Assembly (NCBI RefSeq): GCF_009914755.1
Contig: NC_060928.1
DNA length: 64,000 nt
Origin: the human T2T-CHM13v2.0 reference genome, Homo sapiens
Direction: 5' to 3' (one strand)
Part shown: one piece after another, positions 27,211-40,544 of the stretch
Layout: every line of letters begins with the position of its first letter
Numbering within the stretch: the stretch's first letter is position 1
Program-made: the position numbers and the translations under genes
Notes under the pieces: model-generated
Told to the model about the DNA's origin: nothing
What the model saw: the letters and a program-made list of their open reading frames with translations, nothing else
The model's database searches: none

Positions 27211-28974
27211 GATTATGATTTTAGTGTGAATTTACTAGAAACAATCTTATTTTATTATCTATTGAATACATGCCAAATAATATAACTTTTTAAATTTGTA
27301 CTCCTCATCCATTATATTACTATCTACATTAATTCTATGATTAAAAATACATGCTCCTTATTTTCTTCAAAATACCTTACTAAATGATAGTATATCCTAG
27401 GCTTATTAGTTATTAAATACGAATGAATAATTTCAGCTCAGTTCTGGTAAAGATGGTGAACTGCTAGTTTTCCCTTATTTTTATTTTAGAACTTTTATTG
27501 GCTTATTAAATACCAAAAATATTTTTCTAGATATTGATCTTAACAAAAATCTTTTTAAAATCTAGGTTAAAGCAGATGGTCCATGTAGGAAGAACACATT
27601 GGTTAACTCAATTTCATGAAGTAGTATGAATCTTTGTATACAGAATCCTCAGTAGAGTCAGTTTTGCTGACCAGGTTGACAAAGCTTATGACACATCAAA
27701 GAAATATGGGCATAAATAATGTTGTAATTTTGTAAGCACAAACTAATCTTGAAAGCAGTATTTTTCTTTGACCAAAAACTTTCTAAAAAATGATTTAAAA
27801 CAACAAAAAATAATTAGGGGTTTTATTTTTCAAAAGCAATTATTGTTTGTAAAGAAATCCCTGCTTATTAAATTAATCTAAAACATTATTATAGGAGTTT
27901 TACTCTACTGGTTTTAAAGAAAGCTTTAGTAATTTAATAAACAATTTGAAACAACAAGCACAAGTTACAGTTTATCAATGGTACCGTATTTGTATAAGCT
28001 GTACAACAAACTGCAGTCTTACTGAGAGTTTTATAATTTAATAATTGTGGTAAGAAACAACTTAAAAGAAATTCAACATTTATCATTCTCTAGCCTTAGC
28101 ATTTACAAGTATGTAAAATAAAATCCACTGGCAGCTATTTCTTTATGTAATACTACAAAAGAGAAATGCTTATGGGGAAATTTTGGTATGGTATGGTTAA
28201 TTTTCAAAATGTTAAAAAAATTCAACCTTTTTAAATTATAAAATTTAAATTATATCTTTTAAAACATATTGTCCACAGGGTTAAGATTTGTAGTGCAGTA
28301 CAAATATTTCATACTTTCAACAAATTACTAAACAATTAAACATTTTGAAATGGGAAAGCACAACTGCATTCATTAAATGACAGATAATTTAACAGTACGA
28401 CCATTAAAAACATCCAGAAATCATGAGAAAACTTGCACTTACTAAAAACAAAACAACTACAGGGAACTGAAACATATTTTGCAAATATCAATCAAACTTG
28501 TAAGAGTTCAAAACAATTCTATTTCCAAGATATCTCAGAGTTACATTGAGGTATTCAGAGAAGTATTTTAAATGTCTCAAACAGAAAAGAGATCACTTGC
28601 TACTTTAAAGTAACTGCAACAATTTTACAACATTGTGAAAAATTGCAATTTTAAAATAATTATTTTCTTTAAAAAAAGCAACTTACCACAGAAAGTTATT
28701 GAGTTACAGAAACAAATTTCAAAATAAATTCTGCATCTGTAAAATTTTACTTCATCCTCTGATTTTATGGCAACAAACAAAAAAATCATAGCTTCTAAAT
28801 CTCAACATTTAATTTTCACATCACCTTGCTGAAATGGAAACAAGTTACAGCTTTCCATCAGTAGAGGTGTTATAAATGGGGAGACAGCAATTCAAAATAA
28901 AGAAACAACTAAACTTTTCATATTATTCTGTATCATCAAAAATTTTAACTTCAGGAGGTAAACAAAATAGTTAG

Positions 28975-29151
28975 TTTTTGGTTTTGCTGCAATTGCTTTT
29001 AGGGACTTAGCCAAAACTGCTCTGCCAAGGCCTATGTCGAGAAAAGTATTTCCTAAGTTTTCTTGTAGGGCTTCTATAGTTTGAGGTCTTATATTTAAAT
29101 CTTTAATCCATCTTGAGTTAATTTTTGCATGTGGTGAAAGGAAAGGGTCTA
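28975..29151 (-). mobile_element. L1 ORF2 fragment, inverted relative to the adjacent L1 3' end
   Basis: The minus strand encodes LDPFLSPHAKINSRWIKDLNIRPQTIEALQENLGNTFLDIGLG (L1 ORF2 C-terminal region). Confidence 0.85.
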
Positions 29152-29445
29152 GTTGCAGCAACATAGATGTATCTGCAAGCCATGATACTAAGTGAATTAA
29201 TGCCGGAACAAAAAACCAAATATCACATGTTCTCACTTTATAAGTGGGAGTAAACACTGAGTACACATGGACATAAACAGGGGAACAATGGACACTATGG
29301 ACTACTAGAGGGGGAAGGGAGGGGAGTATGGTTTGAAAAACTACCGATTGAGTACTATCCTCACTAGCTGGGTGTAATATACGTACATAATAATCCTACG
29401 CAAGTACCCCCTGTATCTAAAATAAAAGTCGAAACTTTTTTAAAA
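29152..29445 (+). mobile_element. L1PA13-16-like 3' end
   Basis: TTGCAGCAACATAGATG...ACCAAATATCACATGTTCTCACTTATAAGTGGGAG...GTACCCCCTGTATCTAAAATAAAAG. Confidence 0.85.
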
Positions 29446-29896
29446 AGTGGAATTTTATTAATATTAGTAACAAGTGACTGTTGTATGCAATTTCTCATTC
29501 AACATCTAGATTTATGTAAAGCAATTTTCCTATCAGTTCAATTAGTAATCATGTCAAATTTTTATTTTAAGTTTTCTTCACATCTTATCCAAGGCCACCC
29601 ATATTTAATTGTGTAAAGCATGTAAAAGCTAAACTAAGCAATGTGAAGTATATTAGTTAACCGTTAGGTAACTGTGAGTAATTTAAAATAATTGTTGTTT
29701 ATAATAAAGTCTATCATATACATTTTGCCAATAAAGCTGAACTTTTTATTACATTTGAATTGTATACATGTATTATTATATTCCAGATCAAAACTAATGA
29801 TCAGAATGTTTTGTTGGTTTTTGTAAAAATTTAACATAGAAAGTGCTTTTTTAAAGGCTCATTATTGGAAGTCATTCCACATTTGAAAATACCATA

Positions 29897-29900
<4 letters not shown>

Positions 29901-29933
<33 letters not shown>
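29901..29933. repeat. (TG)16 microsatellite
   Basis: Perfect TG run. Confidence 0.95.
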
Positions 29934-29935
<2 letters not shown>

Positions 29936-31879
29936 ATGTATTGTAGCCTAGAAAACCAGACTTAAATCAAAATAGGGTTATAGTAAAAAATGCTTATGAA
30001 AAGTGGAAAGTAGTTTAATTGACAAGAACACAGACTTGTATATGAATATGTATTAAATAAAAGCAGAGGAAATTATTTTTATCTCTAAAAATTTTAAATT
30101 ACATTTTTGAATACTTTCATAATATAAAATTAATTCCTTCACAAAAATATCTGAAAATTAAAACTTCATTCTTTTTTTCTATTAATGGAAATAATTTGAC
30201 TATGAAATCAGATTCCCAAATGTTGAATTTATTCATGGTTTCTTATCTCATAAACTGTTCAATGAAATAAAAGAATACTTAGTCACGAGTATTGTTTAAT
30301 CTTCCTATCTCATGTTAAATTAAAAAAAAAATTCTCCATTAACTTAATTATTTTAACCCAATTCTATTTCCCAGTTTCCCTCTACTGAATCACTTCTTTT
30401 TGCACTACTTACTGCTTCTCCACAATTTTATGATTTGTTTTCCCTTGAAAAAATCAGTTTAGCATTGTTGTCAACAGTGTAAAATATGACAGTTTATACT
30501 TCTTAAAACACATGAAGAATCAAAATGTATATTTGTAAAATTAGTTATGAAAAAAGAAAGGAAAATATATTCCTATGTATCTTGTCTATTTCATCCACCT
30601 ATCAACCTCTTTCATAAATGCAATTTCTCAATATTGTTCTATTTATTACTGCCTGGGAATACCAAGGCCACAGTTTACCTTGATTGCTGTAGGAAAATAA
30701 CATGTTTTCTAGAATTCCACAGCCACAGAAAAATACTGCCTAAGAAAAAAATGGGGATTGTGTTTTTAAATTAAATCTGGCTTAAAATTAAAGAAAATAT
30801 ATTGTTTCTTGAAATTACTATCAATTAAAAATACAAATAGATATACCAAGAAGATAAATCATATGGATACAAATTTGTTTATATTAATTAACAAAAAGTA
30901 TCAAAATATTAAGGCATAAATTACTATGTTCATAGTTATAGAACTATGTTCGTAGTTATAGAAGTATCATAACTCACTGTGGTACTGTAGAAGAAAGGGG
31001 TTTTAGAGAATGACTACTAGAAAAAGGGAGTTATGAATAATAAACTACAGTCTTCTGATCAAATACAGAAAGATGAACAGCACAAATCAACCATATCATT
31101 TTTGCTTGCACACATTTCTATAAAGTGCACTAATTAGTGGTTAAATTTGTAGTTAGTTTATAGATTACAAAATATAAAGATAGAATTTATAAAGATAAGT
31201 AAACAAATAATGAAAATAAATCTATGGCGTTACGGTGAAGGCAGAAAACAGATCTAAATAAACTCAGAAACACATTCCTCACTCACATGATTTTGTATTA
31301 TAAAAATGTTGAGTTTTTGTCAAATTAATATAATACTATATTTGCACAACATTTTAAGAAGTTATGTTAAAAACTGGTCCCAATAATTTTATAGTTCATA
31401 CAAAAGAACATTGCAATTTCTAAGAAATATAGCATAAAAAAATGAAGAAAATGTTCAATGTTCATTAACATATACTATGAGAGAACCCTAATAAATATCA
31501 ACAATTATAATATGTTGATATTCAATTAAATTTAAATTGAATTGAATTATGCTGCTTTATTTTAAAATGTTTTAGAATAATTGAGTATATATCGGTTATA
31601 AAACAGAACATAATTATACAATCTCTAAAGTAAATTTCAAATTGATTAGCAAGTTAAATGTAAAACAAACTGACAAGCATTTTATTTCTTCAAAAATAAG
31701 TATGGGAATTATATGAAAACAAGAGGACTGGGTTACATACCGATTTTAAATGAATGATAAATTTTCTGTAAAGCAAAGACTATGTAAATGAAAACAAAAA
31801 TAACTCTAAGATAGGAGAAAATATGCAAAACATGTAAGTCTGAAGTTGGATTGCTATGCCAATAAAAATTACATGCCAG

Positions 31880-32105
31880 CATATAGTATCATGTTGAATT
31901 TAAAAGAGTAAGTTCTAGGATAGATTGCATGGTTTATTTTATGAATTAATTTATTATTTTTGTGATACAATATATGAAATTCTCATTTAAGAATGATGAT
32001 AAAAATTGAAGTATACACAGCTAACTTACAGCTTTACTTACAATTATATAAATTAGCATTATGCATGACACATGGTAAATGTTCAATAAATGTTAACCTT
32101 ATTAC
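31880..32105 (+). mobile_element. MIR SINE (decayed)
   Basis: Ends TGACACATGGTAAATGTTCAATAAATGTTA, a MIR-type 3' end. Confidence 0.55.
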
Positions 32106-32549
32106 TTGTAAGTATCAGTACTGTATAGACTATTTAGAAGTCATTACACTAAGAAAGAAAACTTGGAATCGTGAGTAAAGGGCATATAAGCAATACAGAA
32201 AAAAGGCCACAGTATTCACAACATTGTCATTAATTAAATAGACAATATTAAAGGGTGAAATTTCTACAACATTTTTGGATTCTGGATGTACCTCTTTATT
32301 ATATGATTTCCAAAGACTTTTACTAGGCAATCATGCTCATCCAACTCTACTTTATATAATTAAATATGTCACCTTAGGAGGTATATTTAAAAATTTTTAT
32401 TGTAGTATGAACTGATAAAAGAGGAGACATAAAATAAAATAAACGGGTGTGGGGGAGAGAGAAAAACAAAACCCAAAAACAACTTGAATGGATACCATTA
32501 GAGAAATGGTTAGAATAATTACATTATATTCATATATGACTCATTATAT

Positions 32550-32880
32550 AATGTTTGGCCACGTGACTTTGGCAAAAGGAATTTGACAAATGTTACCTAT
32601 ACCTTGTCTAAGGAAAGCTTTATATTCAGTTGTTTGATTTCACTCAGCACCTTTCAATCTGCCTTTTGCTATGTGTACAACACATTTTAGAGGCTTATCC
32701 TTCAGCCTTGATCATGGAATGAGAACGTACATGGAACAGACAAGCAAGTGACTAGCAGCCTGAAGCAGAGCTGCAGTTGACTGTAGCTTTAGTATAAAAT
32801 GAGTCAGAAATATAACATTTTGTTGATTTAATACACAGAGCTTCAGTAGTTATTTGTTATTACTGCAAAAGCTAATTAAT
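32550..32880 (+). mobile_element. MaLR LTR fragment (MLT1H/I/J-like)
   Basis: GGCCACGTGACTTTGGC...AGCCTGAAGCAGAGCTGC...TTATTTGTTATTACTGCAAAAGCTAATTAATA. Confidence 0.6.
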
Positions 32881-34222
32881 AATTCTGCAATAAAATATTA
32901 CAAGGCTATTAAAATAATTATATATGGCTATGTATTAACACGCAAATAAGCCAGATGTACTGGTGCACATGTGTTTATAATATGCAACTTACAGAGTATT
33001 TTCTAATTTTAACTTGTTCTCTTAAAAACTGTTAAATGTATTTGTATGTATACATGTGTTATATTTGTGTAAGTATAAATAAATATATGTAAAGTAAAAA
33101 AAAAACAACTTTAATTTTGGTTGCCATGAATAAAGGGAAAGGAGATGTCATGGTGAGGGTTGGTCAGAAAGACTGGATTAGGGTGATACTATTAATTTTT
33201 CAATAAAGTGTTTTATCAAACTAGCCTCTGTTTCTTCCATGATGAATTATAATAATTAAAATAATGTCAAAGTAAAATGCAATGAACATTCAACATAAAG
33301 ATATTTTATCCCATTTTATGTCTTTAAAAAACATTGAAAATATTATAAAAAGTGCAAAAAAATCATAAATGCTAACTTCAACTAAAATCGAAATGGCTCT
33401 TACTAACTAAAATAATCTAAAACTCAGAAATTTTAAAGCAAATCTTTACTGAAAGATGGGAAATGATTTAGGCTCTCTCAAACTTTTGTTTTCAAGTGAA
33501 TGATGGAGGGAACAGAAAAAATATTCTGTTCCCATAGACGTGCAAAACAACACATGGCAGAACTGCAGGAATAAAGCTAGAAAACCTTCTATCATTACTG
33601 TCTAACAAATCACTCTGTGTATACTGAGATTTCTTTATTTGAGTGAAGTATAGAAAGAAGAGATAACATCACTTACATTACAATCCTGAGGATTCAGACT
33701 AAAGGGTGTTTTTTTGTTTGTTTTTTTTTTTCTTGAACTTTACTGATCCAATGAAAAGGGGAAAATGAGGGAAGATGGCCCATCTGGAATGAAGAATATA
33801 ATGGATGGGGTCGTTAATAAGCAGGATAACAAATTAAAACTGATGAAGTTTCAACCTTGCATCTGGTCTCCTCCGAACAAATACACGTTAATTATTTTGA
33901 AAGGCACTTACATATTTAACTTGTAAACAACAAGAGAAAACCTAGCATATTTACTTAATTTTGAGGTGAAGTTAAGAATTCAAGACATATTTGTTCTTGA
34001 ACAGATGGGAAAACATCCAACAGCACATTTGAGGTCAAAAAACTCTGGAGTCAGTTCTACAAAGTTTTGAGGGAGAACAAATGGGACACATGACATTGTT
34101 GTCCAGTCAAATTGTCATCCAAATAAAAAGTAAGAAAGCGACTAATAGAAGTGTTAAATTTTGTAAGAATTTAGGAAATATATAGGCCTTGAATCCAGGT
34201 TAAGAATAGTAATATAATTACT

Positions 34223-34515
<293 letters not shown>

Positions 34516-36589
34516 TATTAATCACAACAAAAAATATGGAAATTGAGAACCTTAATATATTAACTGCTACTGGCATTTTATCCATTTAAATACTAGGAAT
34601 AGACAACAATTTTGGGGCCTGGACATATAATTATTTTGACCATAAAAGTAATAAAATTCTGATCTGAAAGATGTAAAATAAATGTAAGCATGCTTTCTGT
34701 ACATATTTAGCAGCAATATAATAATAGAAATAATAACAATGGCAATGATAATTAAAACAACAAAATACAATCCTAGTCTTACAAATATTTTCATAATCCA
34801 TTTTTATACCTGGGAAATACTTATAACAAACTAATAGTTATTACTCACTGGAAATTCAAATTTAATTATGTATCCTAATTTTCTTTGGCAGTCTTATTGG
34901 TGGGGATGCATTTGCTGGAGAACAAAACAATGTTAATATAAAATCTGATACTGTACTAAATTGTATATCATTTGGGGATAAAAAAGCTGTTACAAGAATA
35001 TTTTTAGGACAATTGGAAAAATGTGGACATGGAATGGGTATTGGAAACTGAAAAAACATAGCCATGAAAAATGATTATTGTTAACTAAAAAATGCCTGGA
35101 GATATTATGTGAAGTACAATATCAATTTGTAAAATATATATGTTTATACAAACATAGGAAAAGATCCTAAAGAATACACTTTTAATGGTAGTTTTCTCTG
35201 AGGGCCAAGAAAATGTACTTAATCATTTTATTTTTGTGCTTTCCCATCTTTTCTCTGTATCTAATATATATGTATATATATGTACTTATTTGTTATATTA
35301 ATTTTTGTTCTCTGTCTCTGAAATATTGCATAATAAAAAATGGGGCTATATGGAAACTCTTTGTCCTTTCTACTCAATTTTGCTGTGAACTTAAAACTTC
35401 TCTAAATATAAATTTTATTAGAAACACACAAACTATTCTTACTGTCATTTCATATCTTCATAATAATTCATTTAAAAAATGCATGAATTAATTTTGTTTA
35501 AGTTAGAGATTCTGGATTACTCATTTTCTCCTTGATCTCCTAAATACATACTTCCAGCCTACAAGTATTTTATCCTAATATAATATATATTTTTTGCTTG
35601 CCAATTTCTGTGCAATATATCATACTATGTTATAAAAAACTATGTAAAATGAAATTTAGTACATTTAAAATTTTTCCTTGGACTATAAACTTCTAACCAA
35701 GCATCTTCAGGATTAAATCATTATTGTGAATATTAATAAAAGCTAATTAAAATATAAATGTATTAGAGAGACTGATTAAAGTAATAAACACAAATAAAAT
35801 TATATGGGAAATGCATCAAAAATGGCCTTTATAGGAATGCTCTCTTTCAATTATTTTGTGTTCATGTACAAATAGTATTTATTACTAGAATGATGTTAAT
35901 CTGTAAACATTTACGAACAAAATGTATGTGGCCTCTAGTAAGTGTGAAACCTACAGAAAGTATTTAATGTTTGATATGTTAGTTGCCATAGAGGAAAAGC
36001 ATATTCTGTTAGAACTATTCTAGTAAGTATGTAAGTAGAATAAATAAATAAAGAGAGAAGCTGATGAGTGAAAGCTATTTTCAATGTCTTCCCCTTGTGT
36101 TGTTTCAGGATTATTCCTCAGAAGCTATAAAACCTTTTGTAATATTGGAAGTTGACAAGCCAAGCGCATTAAATGAAAACTGTCAAAAATCCTGCTCCCT
36201 TATGCTATTATGTGTGTACTCAGAATATCCAAACAGAGGTCAAACTATCTCATCTGTAGTGCCATGCTTCCCTTTTAACAATTATATGCGTAACACATGG
36301 AAAGAATTCAAGTCACACAGAAGTATACGTTGGCTTGAGAGAACAGGCTTCTCAAACATCAAAATTTAAAATAGTCCCTTTGTTTTAAGGTTTTACCTCT
36401 TGATAAATGTATCAAATTGAGTCTCAAGAAGAGATAGAGATAAGGTTTTATTTATTAAGGTGGAAATAAAGTTATTCTTGAGGGCCTTCTCAAGCAGAGC
36501 AAGTGAGAAAAGAGTAAGTACAAATAGAAGAGAAGATTTAAAATTGATTCCTTAAAGATCCTCATGCTTTGAGAAATTCCTTGGAAGGT

Positions 36590-36977
36590 ATTTTCATAAA
36601 CCAGGGGTTCTCACACAATTGCTAGGTCCCACAATAGACCATCTGCAAGCTGAGGAGCAAGGAAACCCGTCCGATCCCCAAAGCTGAAGAATTTGCAGTC
36701 TGATGTTCAAGGGCAGGAAGCATTCATCACAGGAGAAAGATGTAGGCTGAGAGCCTAAGCTGGTCTAGGCTCTTCATCTTTTTCTGCCTGCTTTTATATT
36801 CTGGCCACACTGGTAGCTGATTAGATGGTGTCCACTCAGATTAAGGGTGGGTCTGCCTTTGCCAGACCACTGACTCAAATATTAATCTCCTTTGGCAACA
36901 CCCTCACAGATACACGCAGGATTAATACTTTGTATCCTTCAACTCAATCAAGTTGACACTCAGTATTAATCATCACA
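36590..36977 (-). mobile_element. ERVL solo LTR MLT2A-like
   Basis: CTGCAAGCTGAGGAGCAAGG...GATTAAGGGTGGGTCTGCC...AATCAAGTTGACACTCAGTATTAATCATCACA. Confidence 0.85.
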
Positions 36978-39569
36978 GAGATACTATAAGAACAGAATGA
37001 GAATCACACTAAAATGGTAGATGTCTCAGTAAAATGATAGTTAATAGATCAACCAGGGACTTCATAATGTATAGAATGGAACATCAGACCAAAAAGAGGC
37101 TGAGAGATTTGAGAATATGTAATTGTAGCAAAAGACTATAGGTCCAGGAATTACTGAAACTTTGGGAAGTTTAGCAGTTTGGAGTTGTGGCTGTGGGTGT
37201 GGTAGGTCGATCCAAGAGCAGAAGTGATAAGCAGACATAGAAAATGATAAGCCCTGGTATGGAATTGGTCATTCATACAGATCAGGTCTGTGCTTGTGGG
37301 TGGGCAGAAACACTTGATCCATGTTGCAAGGCCTTTAATAAGTGACATTGTTATATCTATTCAAAGATATTATTATTAGTAGATGACAAAATAGTTTCAA
37401 ATATTTTTAAGAAGTAGAGAGTAGCACAGCTAAATGACATGATCCTAACATGATTGCTTTGCTTGTTTGTTTTATGTTTAAAGAAGAGCAGTCAAATTGC
37501 CTGACTGGTGTTTTGGGATAAGGATAAGAGTGATTGAAGGCCAAAGAGCTCACCAGCAAAACCTAATACACATTTCTGTGGCAAACCTGAGGTGTTTTTG
37601 GTGTAATCGAAGGGCAGCCTCCTTTTTTTGTAACAACCCCTGGGATGATAAAGTCTTTAGTGGAACAGTAGATTTTATTTTAAGCAAAGAAACATTAAAG
37701 AAGTAGATGATTTTATGCCTTAATAAGGAGCTGAAGAAGACATACTGAAAAGAAAGAAAGTCTAAGAATTTTGGTTAAACGAAGAACAAAGTAATTGGAG
37801 GTGAGAGGGAAGAGTTTCAGATAACCAGAATAGAGGCTTTAATTCAGTGTTCAGAGTAAGCAAATGAGCAGGAGAGTCTTGATATATTTAGCTTTTAGTC
37901 AGGCAAACACATTTCAGTGTCCTCTGGATGGTTAAAAAGTCAGTCTACCTCTGAATTCAGCTGCAGCTGGAATCTCATTTCCCTTAGATTCTCAGGGATG
38001 GAAACTGGCAGGGTATGAAGACTGATTCTGGTGGCTGCTCAGTCAGTCATGCCTGACAGGTGCTGGGATGTTGCTTTGTGTTCTGCCTTACAGTCTGGTG
38101 AGGAGTTTTCATAAATATATGAGAAGCCATATTAAAAGCTTTGGACACTGAACAGGTTAGATTGCTTCCAAATTCTCGAGGTGGGGGTAAAGTCCTGTTT
38201 ATCTGATCTATTTTTATCTATGTCGGGTAAAATGTAGTTATGTTTACAATAATTAAAGATAAGTTTTGTGTAATATAGATGACTGAAAGGCATGAACAAT
38301 TTCTACCTTACCTTTTTATTTTATAGAGGAAATGTTAAGTGACAATATTGGGGGAATGATTATTATGAGTAGATATATGGGGTCCTATTTACAGCCATCA
38401 ATATCAAAAGCATATATTGTTCCAGGATAATTTATTTGAATAATAAATGCTTTTTATCATAATGATCACAAAATAAACCTCCATATTTTGGTGTGTAAAA
38501 TATTGCAATGAATAAAATATATTAAATTGTAATGTATAAAATAAGCAATGTAAATCATTAATACATAAAAATAGCATTTACATTCTCTAAGTAAAATAAA
38601 TATTCATGCCACATTCTATGTAAACTTTAAAACTCTGTATTCATCATCCAGAAGAAAATTTTTCCTGGAACACTGAAATTGTTTTTTGCTATTTTGCTTC
38701 AATTATTTTTTGAAAAAATAAAGTGATTTTATTTTCAGCAACTTTTCAGAATGGTTGTGTTATTTATAAGTAAAACAAATAACTACATTTAATAAGTAAT
38801 TCAAAATACATTATTTTACTTTTTGCTTTAAAAAATTGCTTAAATGTTTTTATGGTAATAATGTTAAATTATTTATTTTTATTACTCCTACATATTTGTA
38901 TTAGTATACTTAAATTTACTTATAATATTTATAACTCATATCAGGGTTTCATGTTCTGGGTCTTTTTTATAGCAAGTATTAAATATTTTAGATTACATTA
39001 CCAGTATGTTCTGTGTATTGAGCATGGTTTGAGTATTAGAATTAAGTGTTATAAAGTAGATACCAGGGTCTAGCAGGGTGAAACAGTGGAAGAAATGGAA
39101 ATAAAAATCAGCTCTCCTAGGTCCTATTTTTTATTTTGTCCCTCAAGTAATTTTTTGATCCTTAGCCTCTCACCAGAAAATATCTATTCCGTGCTTTTCA
39201 AAAATGCCTAACACTTCTTTACCAGATAATAACATGTCTTATTAGACAATTTGAATAGCAGACTAAGTCATGATACATTTAAAAAAGATAAATACACAAA
39301 TCCTTATGCCAGGAAGGAAGTGAACACTCTTTTACTGACTAGGGTTCTATTTAGCATCTTATATTCCAGTAAATAAAACTAAGGTTCAGCACAATAATAT
39401 AGTAGTGTAAGAGCCCAATTGAAACACAGTTTTTATTCTGTAATATAATATTATGCTTTCTATTGCACATTGTTTAACATTTTTATAGAAAGAAAAACAT
39501 TCCACTCAGTTTTCACTGCCTTTAATCTAAACCTGGTCTCTAGTAGACAAGATACTGTGAGAGGAATGG

Positions 39570-39885
39570 ACTTCATGACAAAGGGAACAAGAAGTGGGCT
39601 AATACAAAGTTATTTGACAAGAATCCTCACTGGATTGCAGAAATCACATTGATTAGTGATTGGTCATACATTGTTAAACAATAGAGTATGAATTATGGTA
39701 TCAGGCAAATAGCATTTTATGGCTTCTGGGCATCATTTATTCTAGGGCCCATATAGCTAGTGGCTTCAAGAGTGTTTTTTAGCTTAAGGGGGAGTGACAT
39801 AACTGCCGTTTTATTCCATTGCCTTTCTAGAACTGATAATTTAAAGGGGCTCACATTCCTCAGAAAAAATTTTATTTTCTTCTTT
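39570..39885 (-). mobile_element. ERV1 MER4-group LTR fragment (MER84/MER93-like)
   Basis: ACATTGATTAGTGATTGG...CTGATAATTTAAAGGGGCTCACATTCCTCAGA is the reverse complement of a MER4-group LTR 5' end. Confidence 0.6.
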
Positions 39886-39974
39886 ACTTTTTCCAAATTA
39901 TTTGAGCTGATTAATTGGTGCCTTACTTAGGGTAGGTTAGGTATACCATATATTCCATTGTGTCATCATTTTTG

Positions 39975-40045
39975 CATATATATATATATATACACACACA
40001 TATATCAATATATATTGCTTTTGAATATATGTGTGTGTATCTGTA
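39975..40045. repeat. (TA)n/(TG)n low-complexity tract
   Basis: Two TA runs with CA/TG interruptions. Confidence 0.8.
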
Positions 40046-40544
40046 TGTTTATATATATATATATAACCATTTTTGCTTATCAAAATTCTGAAAAACAGTA
40101 CCAATTGATTGCTAGTCCTTTTATTTATAACAGTTTTTATATGCTAAGGGAATGATTTCAATTTATTCACACTTAAATGGTAAAAGTGCTCTTTTTCTAA
40201 GACCTATTTGCTGACTGGAAAGCCTGTAGAGTCTTTTATTATGAGGCTTTTGTGGCTATGATTTTCCCAGAAAGGAAGTCACAATTAACAAGAAAAAGAG
40301 AAATCCCAAACCTTAAAGATCTGACCTCACTTTCAGACATGGAGCCCATTTAACTGTAATGATCTCAAATCCTTAGCTTCTTGGTGAGAATAATTTCTTT
40401 GTACTTTTATTTTTTCTTAAGTCCCCAGAACAATAACTCTAATGTTTAAACTTTAGAAAATCTTTAACAGAATAAAAAAATACTGATGCAATAATTCTTT
40501 CATAAGGTTTACTTTACTATGAAAGTGTTCTCAAGGATAATTAA

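Larger units (their letters stand above)
31040..33200 (+). mobile_element. Highly decayed L1ME-type fragments, interrupted by MIR and MLT1
   Basis: A-rich strand with scattered L1 ORF2/3' UTR-like motifs. Boundaries are approximate. Confidence 0.4.
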
